A DNA stretch of 64,000 nucleotides from Blastocatellia bacterium (lineage in GTDB: Bacteria; Acidobacteriota; Blastocatellia; UBA7656), in NCBI GenBank assembly GCA_963765495.1, contig CAVXWP010000004.1, positions 295,876 through 359,875 on the forward strand. Direction: 5' to 3'. Both the position numbers and the translations under genes were made by a program. This document shows, in pieces, positions 1-9,233 of the stretch. Each line of letters starts with the position of its first letter. The stretch's first letter is position 1. The notes beneath the pieces are model-generated. The model did no database searches, was not told where the DNA came from, and saw only the letters and a list, made by a program, of their open reading frames with translations.

Positions 1-409
1 TCTGGTCTATGGTATAGGCGCTCTGGTCCTGTTTCTTCCCGTGGCGCGAGTGTTTCTCTGCGCGGAAGGGCTGCAAGGTTTCGGAGTTGAGAAAAGATTC
101 GTAGGTATCTTTGACCTTGAAGACGACGGCGCTTACTATCCCGACAGATTCCGCCTGCGCGCTCACATGAAATCCGTCAACACCATCGAAATTGCGGCGG
201 TCCTTTGTCTCAAGCGTAAGCTCGCCCGCTACAATAAAGTCGGACCACGAAACATCATAACTCAACCGCTCGCCGACTGCAAAAGGTATCCCGGTCGCAA
301 TTTTTTGGACCTTGTCGCTTCCCCCGGCTTTTACACTCTTAACCTGACCAAAACTCGCGGGAAGCGAGATAACTACAATCGCCAGCGCAATTATTGATTT
401 TCTAAGCAT
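1..409 (-). CDS. DUF3108-like exported protein, 5' part (runs off the left edge; not in the supplied ORF track)
   Basis: Manual translation from ATG at 409: MLRKSIIALAIVVISLPASFG (signal peptide) ...PFAVGERLSYDVSWSDFIVAGELTL...FKVKDTYESF..., open to position 1. The PFxxGExLxYxVxW pattern is typical of DUF3108 proteins. Confidence 0.7.
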   Translation of the reverse strand, partial: MLRKSIIALAIVVISLPASFGQVKSVKAGGSDKVQKIATGIPFAVGERLSYDVSWSDFIVAGELTLETKDRRNFDGVDGFHVSAQAESVGIVSAVVFKVKDTYESFLNSETLQPFRAEKHSRHGKKQDQSAYTIDQ

Positions 410-483
410 CAAAGGTTCTCCCAAAAATGTCTGACACTACTCAACCTCTGATGCATCCCGCCCTATTCATGATGCCCGGCAAA

Positions 484-618
484 AGAAGGGATGAGGGATG
501 AGGGATGAGGGATGAACCGGACTGTGGCGGGAGGGTTCGGCAAAAAGCAGTTCATCGGCTATCGAGATATTTATTGAGAGTCCGGTTCATCCCTCATCCC
601 TCATCCCTCATCCCTTCT
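484..618. repeat. Inverted repeat element built from (GGGATGA)4 / (TCATCCC)4
   Basis: 484-523 AGAA(GGGATGA)4ACCGGACT is the exact reverse complement of 579-618. Confidence 0.95.
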
Positions 619-634
619 GAAATCCCTCATCCTT

Positions 635-668
635 AAAAAAATGGCGGGACTCGCAAACGAATCCCGCC
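635..668 (-). terminator. Rho-independent terminator of the M23 peptidase gene
   Basis: Minus strand GGCGGGATTCG-TTTG-CGAGTCCCGCC hairpin followed by a T run, just past the stop at 695. Confidence 0.75.
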
Positions 669-694
669 GGACCAGTTGGCAATTGGCAACTGAC

Positions 695-1495
695 TTAATT
701 TTCGCCCTCCGGTTTCTTACCCGGGGCCTGCTGGTCGCGGCCGGCGTCCACCATCGGTCGCGACTCGTTGAAATAATCTGATGTAGGGTCGAGCGCAAGC
801 GTCTGCATCGGATTCACAGGATTGCCGTCAACGCGCAATTCATAGTGCAGATGCGGCGAAGTAGCCCGTCCAGTGCTGCCTGCACGCCCGATTATCGTTC
901 CACGGTCAACCCGGTCTCCTTCCGAAACCTCGAACGCGGAAAGATGGGCGTAATACGTGGTGATTCCCCCACCGTGATTTACTATCACCAGATTTCCGTA
1001 CCCGCGATGCCAGCCCGCGAATTCGACTACCCCCGGGTGGCTTGCGCCAACGGGATCGCCTCGACGTGCTTTCAAATCCACACCCGAATGGAATTTGGCG
1101 CGGCGAGTGAAAGGGTCGCGCCTGTATCCGTATACGCTGTTGACCTTGACGACCGATGATGTCACCGGACGCTCCTCAACCGATCTGTCAGATTTCGCTT
1201 CGGAATCTTCGGCTTTCAGAGGGATCGAAATTGTGTTCGCGTTTCTCTTGATAACTTTGGGCGCGGGCGGGATGACCGGGGTTACATAATCTGATTCTGC
1301 GTCCTCAGCTTGAACGGGTTCTTGTTCCTGAGTTGGCTGCTTAGCTGTTTCCTGTTGAGGTTTCTTGATTTCTTGTGGGGGGTTGGGCCGAGTTTCTACT
1401 CGTTGAATCGTGCTTTCCTGCGCTTGAGCGCCTGTCGAAATTATCAGTGCAAATATGAATGCCAGAAAAAAATTCCTGCGGGTCTCTACCTTCAT
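695..1495 (-). CDS. M23 family metallopeptidase (peptidoglycan endopeptidase type), exported
   Basis: Signal peptide, low-complexity linker, then HSGVD (HxxxD), GYGNLV, YAHL and TSPHLHYE (HxH) motifs. Confidence 0.92.
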   Translation of the reverse strand: MKVETRRNFFLAFIFALIISTGAQAQESTIQRVETRPNPPQEIKKPQQETAKQPTQEQEPVQAEDAESDYVTPVIPPAPKVIKRNANTISIPLKAEDSEAKSDRSVEERPVTSSVVKVNSVYGYRRDPFTRRAKFHSGVDLKARRGDPVGASHPGVVEFAGWHRGYGNLVIVNHGGGITTYYAHLSAFEVSEGDRVDRGTIIGRAGSTGRATSPHLHYELRVDGNPVNPMQTLALDPTSDYFNESRPMVDAGRDQQAPGKKPEGEN

Positions 1496-1602
1496 TAAAA
1501 ACTTTCTCCTTTCCAGATTGGCCGGAACAGCCCGACCGCATCTGTTACCGAATTTGCTCGAACTGCTAAATTTTCAGGTGAGGTATTTTGCCAGGAGGCC
1601 GC

Positions 1603-1752
1603 ATTCTATGTAGCCGGGTACACCATTGTCAATACCCGGCCCCCGATTGGGGAGGCAAAAATTTCTTGTGAATTTATTGCGAGAGATTAAATGTCTGCCG
1701 GAATACGTCTTTCGCGCTCGAAATTGACAAAAGCGCCGCGCGCGTAGACAAT
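1603..1752. promoter_or_regulatory. Divergent sigma70-type promoters
   Basis: Minus strand TTGACA(1632-1627)-N18-TAGAAT(1608-1603); plus strand TTGACA(1724-1729)-N17-GACAAT(1747-1752). Confidence 0.55.
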
Positions 1753-1790
1753 TCCTTCAGCCTCGATTCAGAGCGAAAGGTCATTTCAGG

Positions 1791-3110
1791 ATGAAGAAAA
1801 AACTCACAGCCGGTATAGCCTTAATGCTGGCTTTTATATTTTCGGTGAGCGCTGGGGTCAGGGCGCGGCAAAGCAGCGCCTCTATCACAAAGCCGGACGC
1901 ATCGGCGCTCAAGGCGACCGGCGATATACTCACAAGCGTCAGCCGTCTGCGCAGGCTCGACATCAAGCGGTCGGTCAAAAGCGGCTTCAAGACTCACGAC
2001 GAGATACAGCAATCCGTCATAGACGACCTGGATGAGAACACCAAACCGGCCGAATTCGAGGCTACATCGAAGGCGCTGATCAAACTGGGACTGATCCCGC
2101 GAGATTTCCAGCTCCGCGATTATGTGATCAAGCTTCTGCGAGAGCAGGTGGCCGGGTTTTACGAGCCAAAGACACAGGAGTTTTATCTCGCGGCGTGGCT
2201 GCCTATCTCTGAACAAAAGACCGTGATGGCACACGAACTCGTGCACGCATTGCAGGATCAGCATTTCAATCTGCGCCGGTTTGAGAAGTGGCCAAAAGGC
2301 GATGCTGATGCGGAGCTTGCCACTCGCGCCCTCATCGAAGGCGACGCAACGATTGTGATGTTTCAATATGCCGCCGAGCAGCAGAAGTTCATATTCGATG
2401 TGACCAGGATGGATTCGCTCACCGAAAAGCTGCTTGAGCAGGGCGACTCCGAAGACGAAGGCAAGTACCCGGTGCTGAATCAGGCCCCGATTGTCCTGCG
2501 CGAAAATCTGCAATTCCCCTACGTTTACGGCGCGGGCTTTGTACAGGCCATGATGAAACATTCGCCTGAGGCGCTCAATAGAAGCTACGTCAATCTGCCA
2601 GCTTCAACCGAGCAGATAATCCACCCCGACCGATACTTTGCCGGTGACAGGCCGGTGAAGATCGAAATCGGCGATCTGGTTTCAGCAATGGGCGAGGGAT
2701 GGAAGCGCACGGACATGGATGTAAACGGAGAGTTCGGATACCAGGTCGTTCTCTCTCAATTTATAGACAAAAACAAGGCTCGTCGGGCAGCCGCTGGATG
2801 GGGCGGCGACCGTTACGCGCTGCTGGAAAACAACCGGGGCGGCCTTGTGCTTGCGCAATACACGACCTGGGACAGCGCCGAGGACGCGAAGGAATTCTTC
2901 GATTCTTACAGCGAGCGTACGGAGAAACGCTACGGTATAAACAGCCCGGCAGACCCGGCTGCCTCGCCGCGCATCTACGAGACATCCGAAGGGCTCGCCT
3001 CGATTGAATTGCGCGATAAAGATGTAGTGATTATCGAAGGAGCGGAGAATCGCGAGCAGTTGGCGCGACTTTCAGCAAAGCTCTGGTTGAGCAAGAAAAC
3101 CGTCAAGTAG
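1791..3110 (+). CDS. Exported putative zinc metallopeptidase-like protein
   Basis: Signal peptide; AGFY...HELVHALQDQHF (HExxH) followed by ALIEGDA; FPYxxG and GWGGD motifs of a conserved uncharacterised surface-protein family. Confidence 0.7.
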   Translation: MKKKLTAGIALMLAFIFSVSAGVRARQSSASITKPDASALKATGDILTSVSRLRRLDIKRSVKSGFKTHDEIQQSVIDDLDENTKPAEFEATSKALIKLGLIPRDFQLRDYVIKLLREQVAGFYEPKTQEFYLAAWLPISEQKTVMAHELVHALQDQHFNLRRFEKWPKGDADAELATRALIEGDATIVMFQYAAEQQKFIFDVTRMDSLTEKLLEQGDSEDEGKYPVLNQAPIVLRENLQFPYVYGAGFVQAMMKHSPEALNRSYVNLPASTEQIIHPDRYFAGDRPVKIEIGDLVSAMGEGWKRTDMDVNGEFGYQVVLSQFIDKNKARRAAAGWGGDRYALLENNRGGLVLAQYTTWDSAEDAKEFFDSYSERTEKRYGINSPADPAASPRIYETSEGLASIELRDKDVVIIEGAENREQLARLSAKLWLSKKTVK

Positions 3111-3215
3111 CGATGCGTGAAGCGTAATTCGTGAAGTTAGCGGTGAATCTATCAACAGGTAATTACCTGAAAGTCACGCATCTCGCTTCACGCTTCACGC
3201 TTCACGCTTCACGCA
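3111..3215. repeat. CGTGA/TCACG heptamer-flanked element, copy with conserved core
   Basis: Degenerate GCGTGAA units on the left, (CTTCACG)n on the right; core 3131-3177 contains the palindrome CAGGTAATTACCTG. Confidence 0.9.
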
Positions 3216-3224
3216 CACACTGCC

Positions 3225-5792
3225 ATGAAAAAATCGCCCCTCTCGAAAATCGTTGCGGCCATCATAATCATCGGATCATTAGCCTTCGCCTCAAGTACAA
3301 CCTTTGGGCAAACTCATCCCGCCACGCCGTTCCCGCATTCGGATCAACTCGAAAAACTGACTCATGATGTAGCGGCTGAAGCGGTAAAGCGATTTGGTGC
3401 GGGCGGACTTACGGCGGAAAAAATCGCGCTGACCGTGATTGATTTGAACGACCGTCAACACCCGACGTGGGCGAGCTATCGCGGACAGGAGCGCATATAT
3501 CCCGCAAGCGTAGTGAAACTCTTTTACCTCGTAGCGGCTTATCATTTGATCGAAACAGGCGCGCTCAAGCAGACGCCCGGGCTGGAACGCGCTCTTCACG
3601 ATATGATCGTTGATTCGTCAAACGATGCGACACATTACGTGGTTGACGCGGTGACGGGCACAACCGGCGGGCCTGAACTCGATGACGAGGCGCTTAAAGA
3701 GTGGATCGAGAAGCGAAACAGCGTAAACAGATATTTCTCAAGCCTCGGCTATGAAAATATCAACGTAAATCAAAAGACGTGGTGTGAAGGCCCGTACGGA
3801 CGCGAGCGGCAGGGGCTTGGGCCGAATTTCGAGCATCGCAACATGCTCACTACCGAAGCCGTGGCTCGCATCCTGGCTGAAATCGCCACAGACCGCGCCG
3901 CTTCTCCGGCCGACACCCGCGCAATGATGACCTTGATGCACCGCGACCCGCAGATCAGGTCCACGGACCCCGATGATCAGGCAACGGCTTATCTCGGCAA
4001 AGGGCTGCCCGCGGGTTCCGAGTATTACTCAAAGGCCGGATGGACATCTCAGACCCGGCACGACTCGGCCTACATACGGCTTCCAAACGGAGCCGAATAT
4101 GTGCTGGTCGTCTTCACGGTTGACAATAGCACTCAGGCCGATATTATTCCGTTCGTGTCTCGACTCGTCGCAGAAGAGTTTTCAAAGAGCCGCCCCCGAG
4201 CCGATCTCATATTGCTCAACGGAAGGCTCTGGACAGGAAACCCGAATCATCCCTGGGCCGAAGCCTTAGCCTCGCGCGGCGAACGCATCATCGCCATCGG
4301 CTCGAATGACGAGATCAAAAATCTCCGCGCGGACAAGATCCGCGTGATTGATCTTGAAGGGCGGCTCGTGCTTCCGGGCTTTATTGACGATCACACCCAC
4401 TTCGTAAGCGGGGGTTTTCAACTGCTCTCGGTTGATCTGAGAGATGCGCGCACGCCCGAAGAGTTCGCCCGGCGAATCAAAGAGAGGGCCGGGCAAACCG
4501 CGCCCGGCAGGTGGATTACCGGAGGCGATTGGGATCACGAGCTATGGCCGAAAGCGCCCCTGCCGACAAAAGAACTCATAGACCGTTACACGCCCGATAC
4601 TCCGGTATTTGTCTCGCGTCTTGACGGTCATATGGCGCTCGCCAACAGCGTAGTGCTGAGGCTTGCGAAAATCACAAAAGAGACAAAAGACCCGCCGGGC
4701 GGAACCATCGTGCGCGACCCGAAAACTGGCGAGGCTACAGGCGTGTTAAAAGACGCGGCTATGGGTCTTGTGTGGCCGCTCGTTCCCGACCCGACCGCTG
4801 CCGAGTATGACGAGGCGCTCAAGGCGGCGCTCGCCGAAGCCGCGCGCCGGGGAGTCACCTCGATTCAAGACATTACATCCTGGGCCGATTACGAAGTATA
4901 CAGACGGTTTCGCGATGAAGACCGATTGACCACGCGAATCTACGCCCGCACGCCCATGATCGAGTGGAAGCGGCAGGCCGACCTTGTGGCTCGCCGGAAC
5001 GCGGGCGACCATTGGTTGCGGCTCGGCGGGCTCAAGGCTTTTATGGATGGCTCATTAGGCTCGACCACGGCGCTTTTCTTCGAGCCTTATGTTGATGCGC
5101 CCGACACAAAAGGGCTTGCGGTTGACGACAACCCCGAAGGCTCGCTCAAGAAGCTGATAATCGAAGCCGATCGGGCGGGACTTCAGTGCTCGGTCCACGC
5201 AATCGGGGACAGAGCAAACGACCTGCTGCTAAATTACTTCGAAGAAGCCGAAAAAGAGAACGGCCCGCGTGACCGCAGGTTTCGCATAGAGCACGCCCAA
5301 CATCTGAAAGTCAGCGACATTCCGCGATTCAAGGCTCTTGGCGTGATCGCTTCGATGCAGCCCTATCACGCAATCGATGACGGGCGCTGGGCAGAAAAGA
5401 GGATCGGCCCCGAGCGGATAAAATCCACATATGCGTTTCGGTCGCTGCTCGATGCGGGCGCAACCCTTGTCTTCGGATCGGATTGGACCGTAGCTCCTAT
5501 CTCGCCGATTCTCGGCATTCACGCGGCGGTGACCCGGCAGACCATCGACGGCAAGAATCCGGGCGGATGGGTTCCCGAGCAGAAGATTTCTGTCGAAGAA
5601 GCGGTTCGAGCCTATACCTCATCGTGCGCCTTCGCCGAGTTTGCCGAGCGCGACAAAGGAACGCTTGAAACGGGCAAGCTCGCCGATCTGGTCGTCCTGT
5701 CTCAAGACATCTTCCGTATCAAACCCGACGAGATACAAAAGACCTCCATCGTTTACACCATCGTGGGAGGCCGCATCGTTTACGGCCAATGA
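3225..5792 (+). CDS. Fusion: class A beta-lactamase-like serine hydrolase + YtcJ-like metal-dependent amidohydrolase
   Basis: Signal peptide; PASVVK (SxxK), SSN and SKAG in the N-terminal part; PGFIDDHTH, RLDGH, HAIGD, RIEHAQ and FGSDW in the C-terminal part. Confidence 0.85.
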   Translation: MKKSPLSKIVAAIIIIGSLAFASSTTFGQTHPATPFPHSDQLEKLTHDVAAEAVKRFGAGGLTAEKIALTVIDLNDRQHPTWASYRGQERIYPASVVKLFYLVAAYHLIETGALKQTPGLERALHDMIVDSSNDATHYVVDAVTGTTGGPELDDEALKEWIEKRNSVNRYFSSLGYENINVNQKTWCEGPYGRERQGLGPNFEHRNMLTTEAVARILAEIATDRAASPADTRAMMTLMHRDPQIRSTDPDDQATAYLGKGLPAGSEYYSKAGWTSQTRHDSAYIRLPNGAEYVLVVFTVDNSTQADIIPFVSRLVAEEFSKSRPRADLILLNGRLWTGNPNHPWAEALASRGERIIAIGSNDEIKNLRADKIRVIDLEGRLVLPGFIDDHTHFVSGGFQLLSVDLRDARTPEEFARRIKERAGQTAPGRWITGGDWDHELWPKAPLPTKELIDRYTPDTPVFVSRLDGHMALANSVVLRLAKITKETKDPPGGTIVRDPKTGEATGVLKDAAMGLVWPLVPDPTAAEYDEALKAALAEAARRGVTSIQDITSWADYEVYRRFRDEDRLTTRIYARTPMIEWKRQADLVARRNAGDHWLRLGGLKAFMDGSLGSTTALFFEPYVDAPDTKGLAVDDNPEGSLKKLIIEADRAGLQCSVHAIGDRANDLLLNYFEEAEKENGPRDRRFRIEHAQHLKVSDIPRFKALGVIASMQPYHAIDDGRWAEKRIGPERIKSTYAFRSLLDAGATLVFGSDWTVAPISPILGIHAAVTRQTIDGKNPGGWVPEQKISVEEAVRAYTSSCAFAEFAERDKGTLETGKLADLVVLSQDIFRIKPDEIQKTSIVYTIVGGRIVYGQ

Positions 5793-5825
5793 AAATACGG
5801 CCAATGAAAATACGGCCAGTGAAAA
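5781..5825 (+). repeat. 15-bp tandem repeat x3 spanning the stop codon
   Basis: TACGGCCAATGAAAA twice, then TACGGCCAGTGAAAA. Confidence 0.9.
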
Positions 5826-6081
5826 TCGCCCCTTTTATCGTTGATCTGGACACGATATGGGGTAAGCGCATCTTTTACCCGGCGATAGATAAGCATACAT
5901 TCCGGCCCGGTTTTTCGTCTTAGGGGCCTCAAGAGCGCCGAAATATCCTCCATTTCCCGCATAATTGCCAATTCCATTCTAGGAATGGTAGTTGCACTCT
6001 AATAGGTGATTCTAATGGCTGTTTGATTGAAAAAGAGTAATCAAAACAGAGCCGGTAAGGGATTCATGGAGGAGTCAAACA

Positions 6082-8437
6082 ATGTTTAAGAAATTAAGAA
6101 ACAAATTCCCCGGCAAATCACCAAGCATCATGCTTGTAGCAGTTCTGGTAGCCATACTCGGGGCTTCGGGGCTGGCTTTGATGTTTTCGAGATCGTCGGA
6201 TACCAGAGAGGAGGCTACCCTTGAGCCTATGGCCGCTCGAATCGAGCGAGTCGACGGCGAGGTAGGTGTTGCGCACGCCTCTGACAAGGATAGCGAGGAC
6301 GAACAGGAGTTCGAAGATGCGACAGTAAATACGCCTCTATCGGTAGGAGACCGCGTATATGTTCCCGATAACTCTTCGGCTTCGGTAGCATTTACGGCGC
6401 GCAATCGAGCGCGGCTCGATTCAGGAGCATCGCTGGATGTTCTGACGCTCGCCGATAACAGAACGCAACTTGCGCTTAGAGACGGTTCTGCTCTTTTCGA
6501 CGTGGGCTATCTTGATGACGGCGATTTGTTCGAAGTAGCAACGCCAAACGGCGCAATTGATTTTAATGAGCCGGGCCTTTATCAGATAGGCATAGGCAAT
6601 GACGGCAACACGCTGATCTCTGTCTTGAGCGGATTGGCACAGGTAGTAGGGATGTCCGGGTCAGGCGAGTTAAGCAAAGGCGAGGTTCTGACGCTTGCCG
6701 CTCAGGCGGCTTCGCAGTTGGTAGCCTCACGCATAGCGCCCGATCTGGCAGGCGGCATAGTCGATGATTATTACGGCTATCGCTACGGAAACAGGTATGA
6801 TGGCCGTTATCGCGACTATAATGCTTATCTGAGATGATCCATACTATTATGACCCGTACGCGCATTCGACCAGCTATGAATACATTTCCTATGACGTGCC
6901 GGGCGCGTATGACCTTGACGACTACGGCGATTGGGTAGACGACAGCAATTATGGCCGATGCTGGTCGCCGCGAGTCGGTTCCAACTGGGCTCCGTATCGC
7001 TCAGGGTACTGGGACACAAACAATGTTTGGGGACCGACCTGGGTATCGCAGGAACCCTGGGGCTGGGCGCCTTATCACTATGGTCGCTGGGCCTACATCA
7101 ATAACAGCCGATGGGTTTGGGTGCCTGAAAATGTAAGAGTACGCAGCACTCCCGTATACGCGCCTGCCTGCGTGGCCTTTGTGCCGGTCAGAGAGACGCA
7201 ACAGATCGCGTGGATACCGCTGGGTCCGGGCGAGCCTTATGTGCCCAGATACTATGGCGCGAATTTTCAACCTCGATACCTTGCTTCACAGCAGGTTGTG
7301 AACCAGTATGTTGAAATTCAGCAGACGTTCATAAACACTCGCGCACCGCGCGGGATCACGGCGGTTCAATATTCAGATTTCACGCGAGTGATCGGGCCAA
7401 ACTATTACAGGCAGGTAGACCCGCAGTTGTTCGGTCGCTCAAGGGTGGCGATTGACCCGTTTGCGATAGACGATCTTCGTCAGGTGGCGAGACGTGAAAG
7501 ACACGACCGCAAGAACTTCAAGCTCTCACGGCAGATGCGCCATCAGTTATTTGACAGACAGGTAGTCGCAAGCGCCACGCCCGTCGTGTCACAGGTTCAT
7601 TCCGATTTCGCAAAGAGATTTCAGGTGGAGTCTGTGAGCAACAAACAGAGGAAGCAAAGGCTCAAGATCGAGCGAAGCGGTCAGGTAGTGACTGCTCAGG
7701 CGCTCAATAGACGCGGCCAGCACCAGATCGTTCAGACGGCAAATCAAAAAGCGCAATCGGCCGAAGCAAAACAGCGCAAACACCAGATAGCCGAGTTTCG
7801 CGCTCAGGCCGCAAAGGGCGATCAGAATGCTAGAGATGAGGTGCGCAGGCTAAAGCAGGAGCAACGCGCTTACAAGAAAGCTGTGAAATCCGCCGGATCA
7901 GATCAACACCCGGCTTATCTCGGCCCGCCTGTGAGGAAGAATTCGAGCGCGAAGTCTGAGCGCAGGGCCAGAAAACAGGCCGCACGCCAGCAAAGCAACC
8001 CGGCTGTAGTCCAACAGCAGCCCGCTCAGCAGTCTGCGGCAAAACAGCAGCTACGCCAGCAGCGCAGGGCGCAAAAGAAGGCCGCGCGACAACAGCGAAA
8101 TCAGCAGCCGAGCGCACGGCAAAGACAACAGCCTGCCGCCGTGCGACAGACTGTAAATGTTCCGAACCCGCGCAAGGCCGCGCGGCAGGCGGCGCGGCAG
8201 GCCGCCAAACAACAGCGGGCTGTCCGCCAGCAAAATGTAGTCCGTCAGCAGGTTCGACAGGCTCCGTCTGCTCGACAGGTTCAAAGAACGAACCCTCAGA
8301 TTAACCAGAGGAAGGCCGAACGGCAGGCTGCGCGGCAGGCCGCGAGGGTGAATCCTCAGGTCAATCAGAGGAAAGCGGAACGACAGGCCGCGCGGCAGGC
8401 CGCAAAGCAGGGCAAGCCAAATAAGCGCGACCATTGA
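6082..8437 (+). pseudogene. FecR-like + DUF6600-like protein split by a +1 frameshift near 6832 (ORFs 6082-6837 and 6896-8437)
   Basis: N-terminal TM and VNTPLSVGD (FecR-like). Reading resumes one base on (DDPYYYDPY...DLDDYGDW...WAPYRSGYW...PWGWAPYHYGRW), the usual continuation of this architecture; ends in a basic Q/R/A-rich tail. Confidence 0.8.
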
Positions 8438-8463
8438 TCAAGGCGGGCGAGTTTGGCAAATGG

Positions 8464-8553
8464 AAGCGTGAAACGTGATCCGTGATTTTTAAGAAGCAGA
8501 CCTGTTAATGACAAATCGCAGGTCTTAAAAATCAAGGATCACGCTTCACGCTT
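8464..8553. repeat. CGTGA/TCACG heptamer-flanked hairpin between convergent genes
   Basis: AAGCGTGAAACGTGATCCGTGATTTTTAAGA ... TCTTAAAAATCAAGGATCACGCTTCACGCTT inverted arms. Confidence 0.85.
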
Positions 8554-8556
8554 TAT

Positions 8557-8994
8557 CTACTTCCCTGCTTTGGCGGCCAGCGACTCATAGCTTGTCGATT
8601 CATCGCTTTCGGTCGAGGAAGGCAGGTCGAGCATGCTCCAGCCCGGTTCGACGATGCGGCCCGTGTTATCCATAGCGCCTACAAAGCCTCCGCGCACGTT
8701 TGCCACGTCGGTGTATCCCATCTGCGACAGTATTTCACAAGCGCGGGCCGAACGTCCGCCGGTCTTGCAACCGATGACAAGTTTTTCATCCTTTGGGATA
8801 TTGGCCTCGACTACGGCCATAAAGTCTGGATTCGAACTCATACCGATGCCCGGGGAAAAATGCATAATGGGGATATTTTTGGCCCCCGCCGGATGACCGG
8901 CTTCAAATTCAGGCACCGAGCGGACATCCAGATAAGTATATCCTGAATCTCCCTGCATCAAGTCGTGGGCCTCCTGTGGGCTTACCTCTTTCAT
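8557..8994 (-). CDS. Rhodanese-like sulfurtransferase
   Basis: LDVRS..EF..GH..GA and active-site CKTGGRS; RBS AAGGAG before ATG at 8994. Confidence 0.9.
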   Translation of the reverse strand: MKEVSPQEAHDLMQGDSGYTYLDVRSVPEFEAGHPAGAKNIPIMHFSPGIGMSSNPDFMAVVEANIPKDEKLVIGCKTGGRSARACEILSQMGYTDVANVRGGFVGAMDNTGRIVEPGWSMLDLPSSTESDESTSYESLAAKAGK

Positions 8995-9067
8995 ATTGTC
9001 TCCTTTCAATCGTGAGTTTTGATTATAGCCAGTAGTGGCTCCGGGTTCCACACTCCGATGCCGCCTC

Positions 9068-9105
9068 AACTGAATGGCCCTGCCGTTGAACAGGGCCATT
9101 CAGTT
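9068..9105. promoter_or_regulatory. Perfect 15-bp inverted repeat in a divergent intergenic region
   Basis: AACTGAATGGCCCTG-CCGTTGAA-CAGGGCCATTCAGTT. Confidence 0.6.
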
Positions 9106-9233
9106 TTCAAGATGTAGATAAGGAAAAAGGAGAATAGGCCGCTATAGTCTCAGCCCTGCCTGACTGGCACGTTTCTCTTGCCGGATGCTAAGATTCCTAT
9201 TTGATTTCATGCTTCGGAGAGTGAGAGCAGTCA

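Noticed and set aside
41-397. 118-aa plus-strand ORF
   Set aside because: Antisense shadow of the DUF3108-like gene on the minus strand (409 to edge).
3225-4180. Calling a bona fide antibiotic-resistance beta-lactamase
   Set aside because: Motifs deviate (SSN, KAG) and the domain is fused; activity cannot be inferred from sequence.
9164-9182. TGGCAC...TTGC upstream of miaB as a sigma54 promoter
   Set aside because: GG-to-GC spacing is 12 nt, not the required 10.
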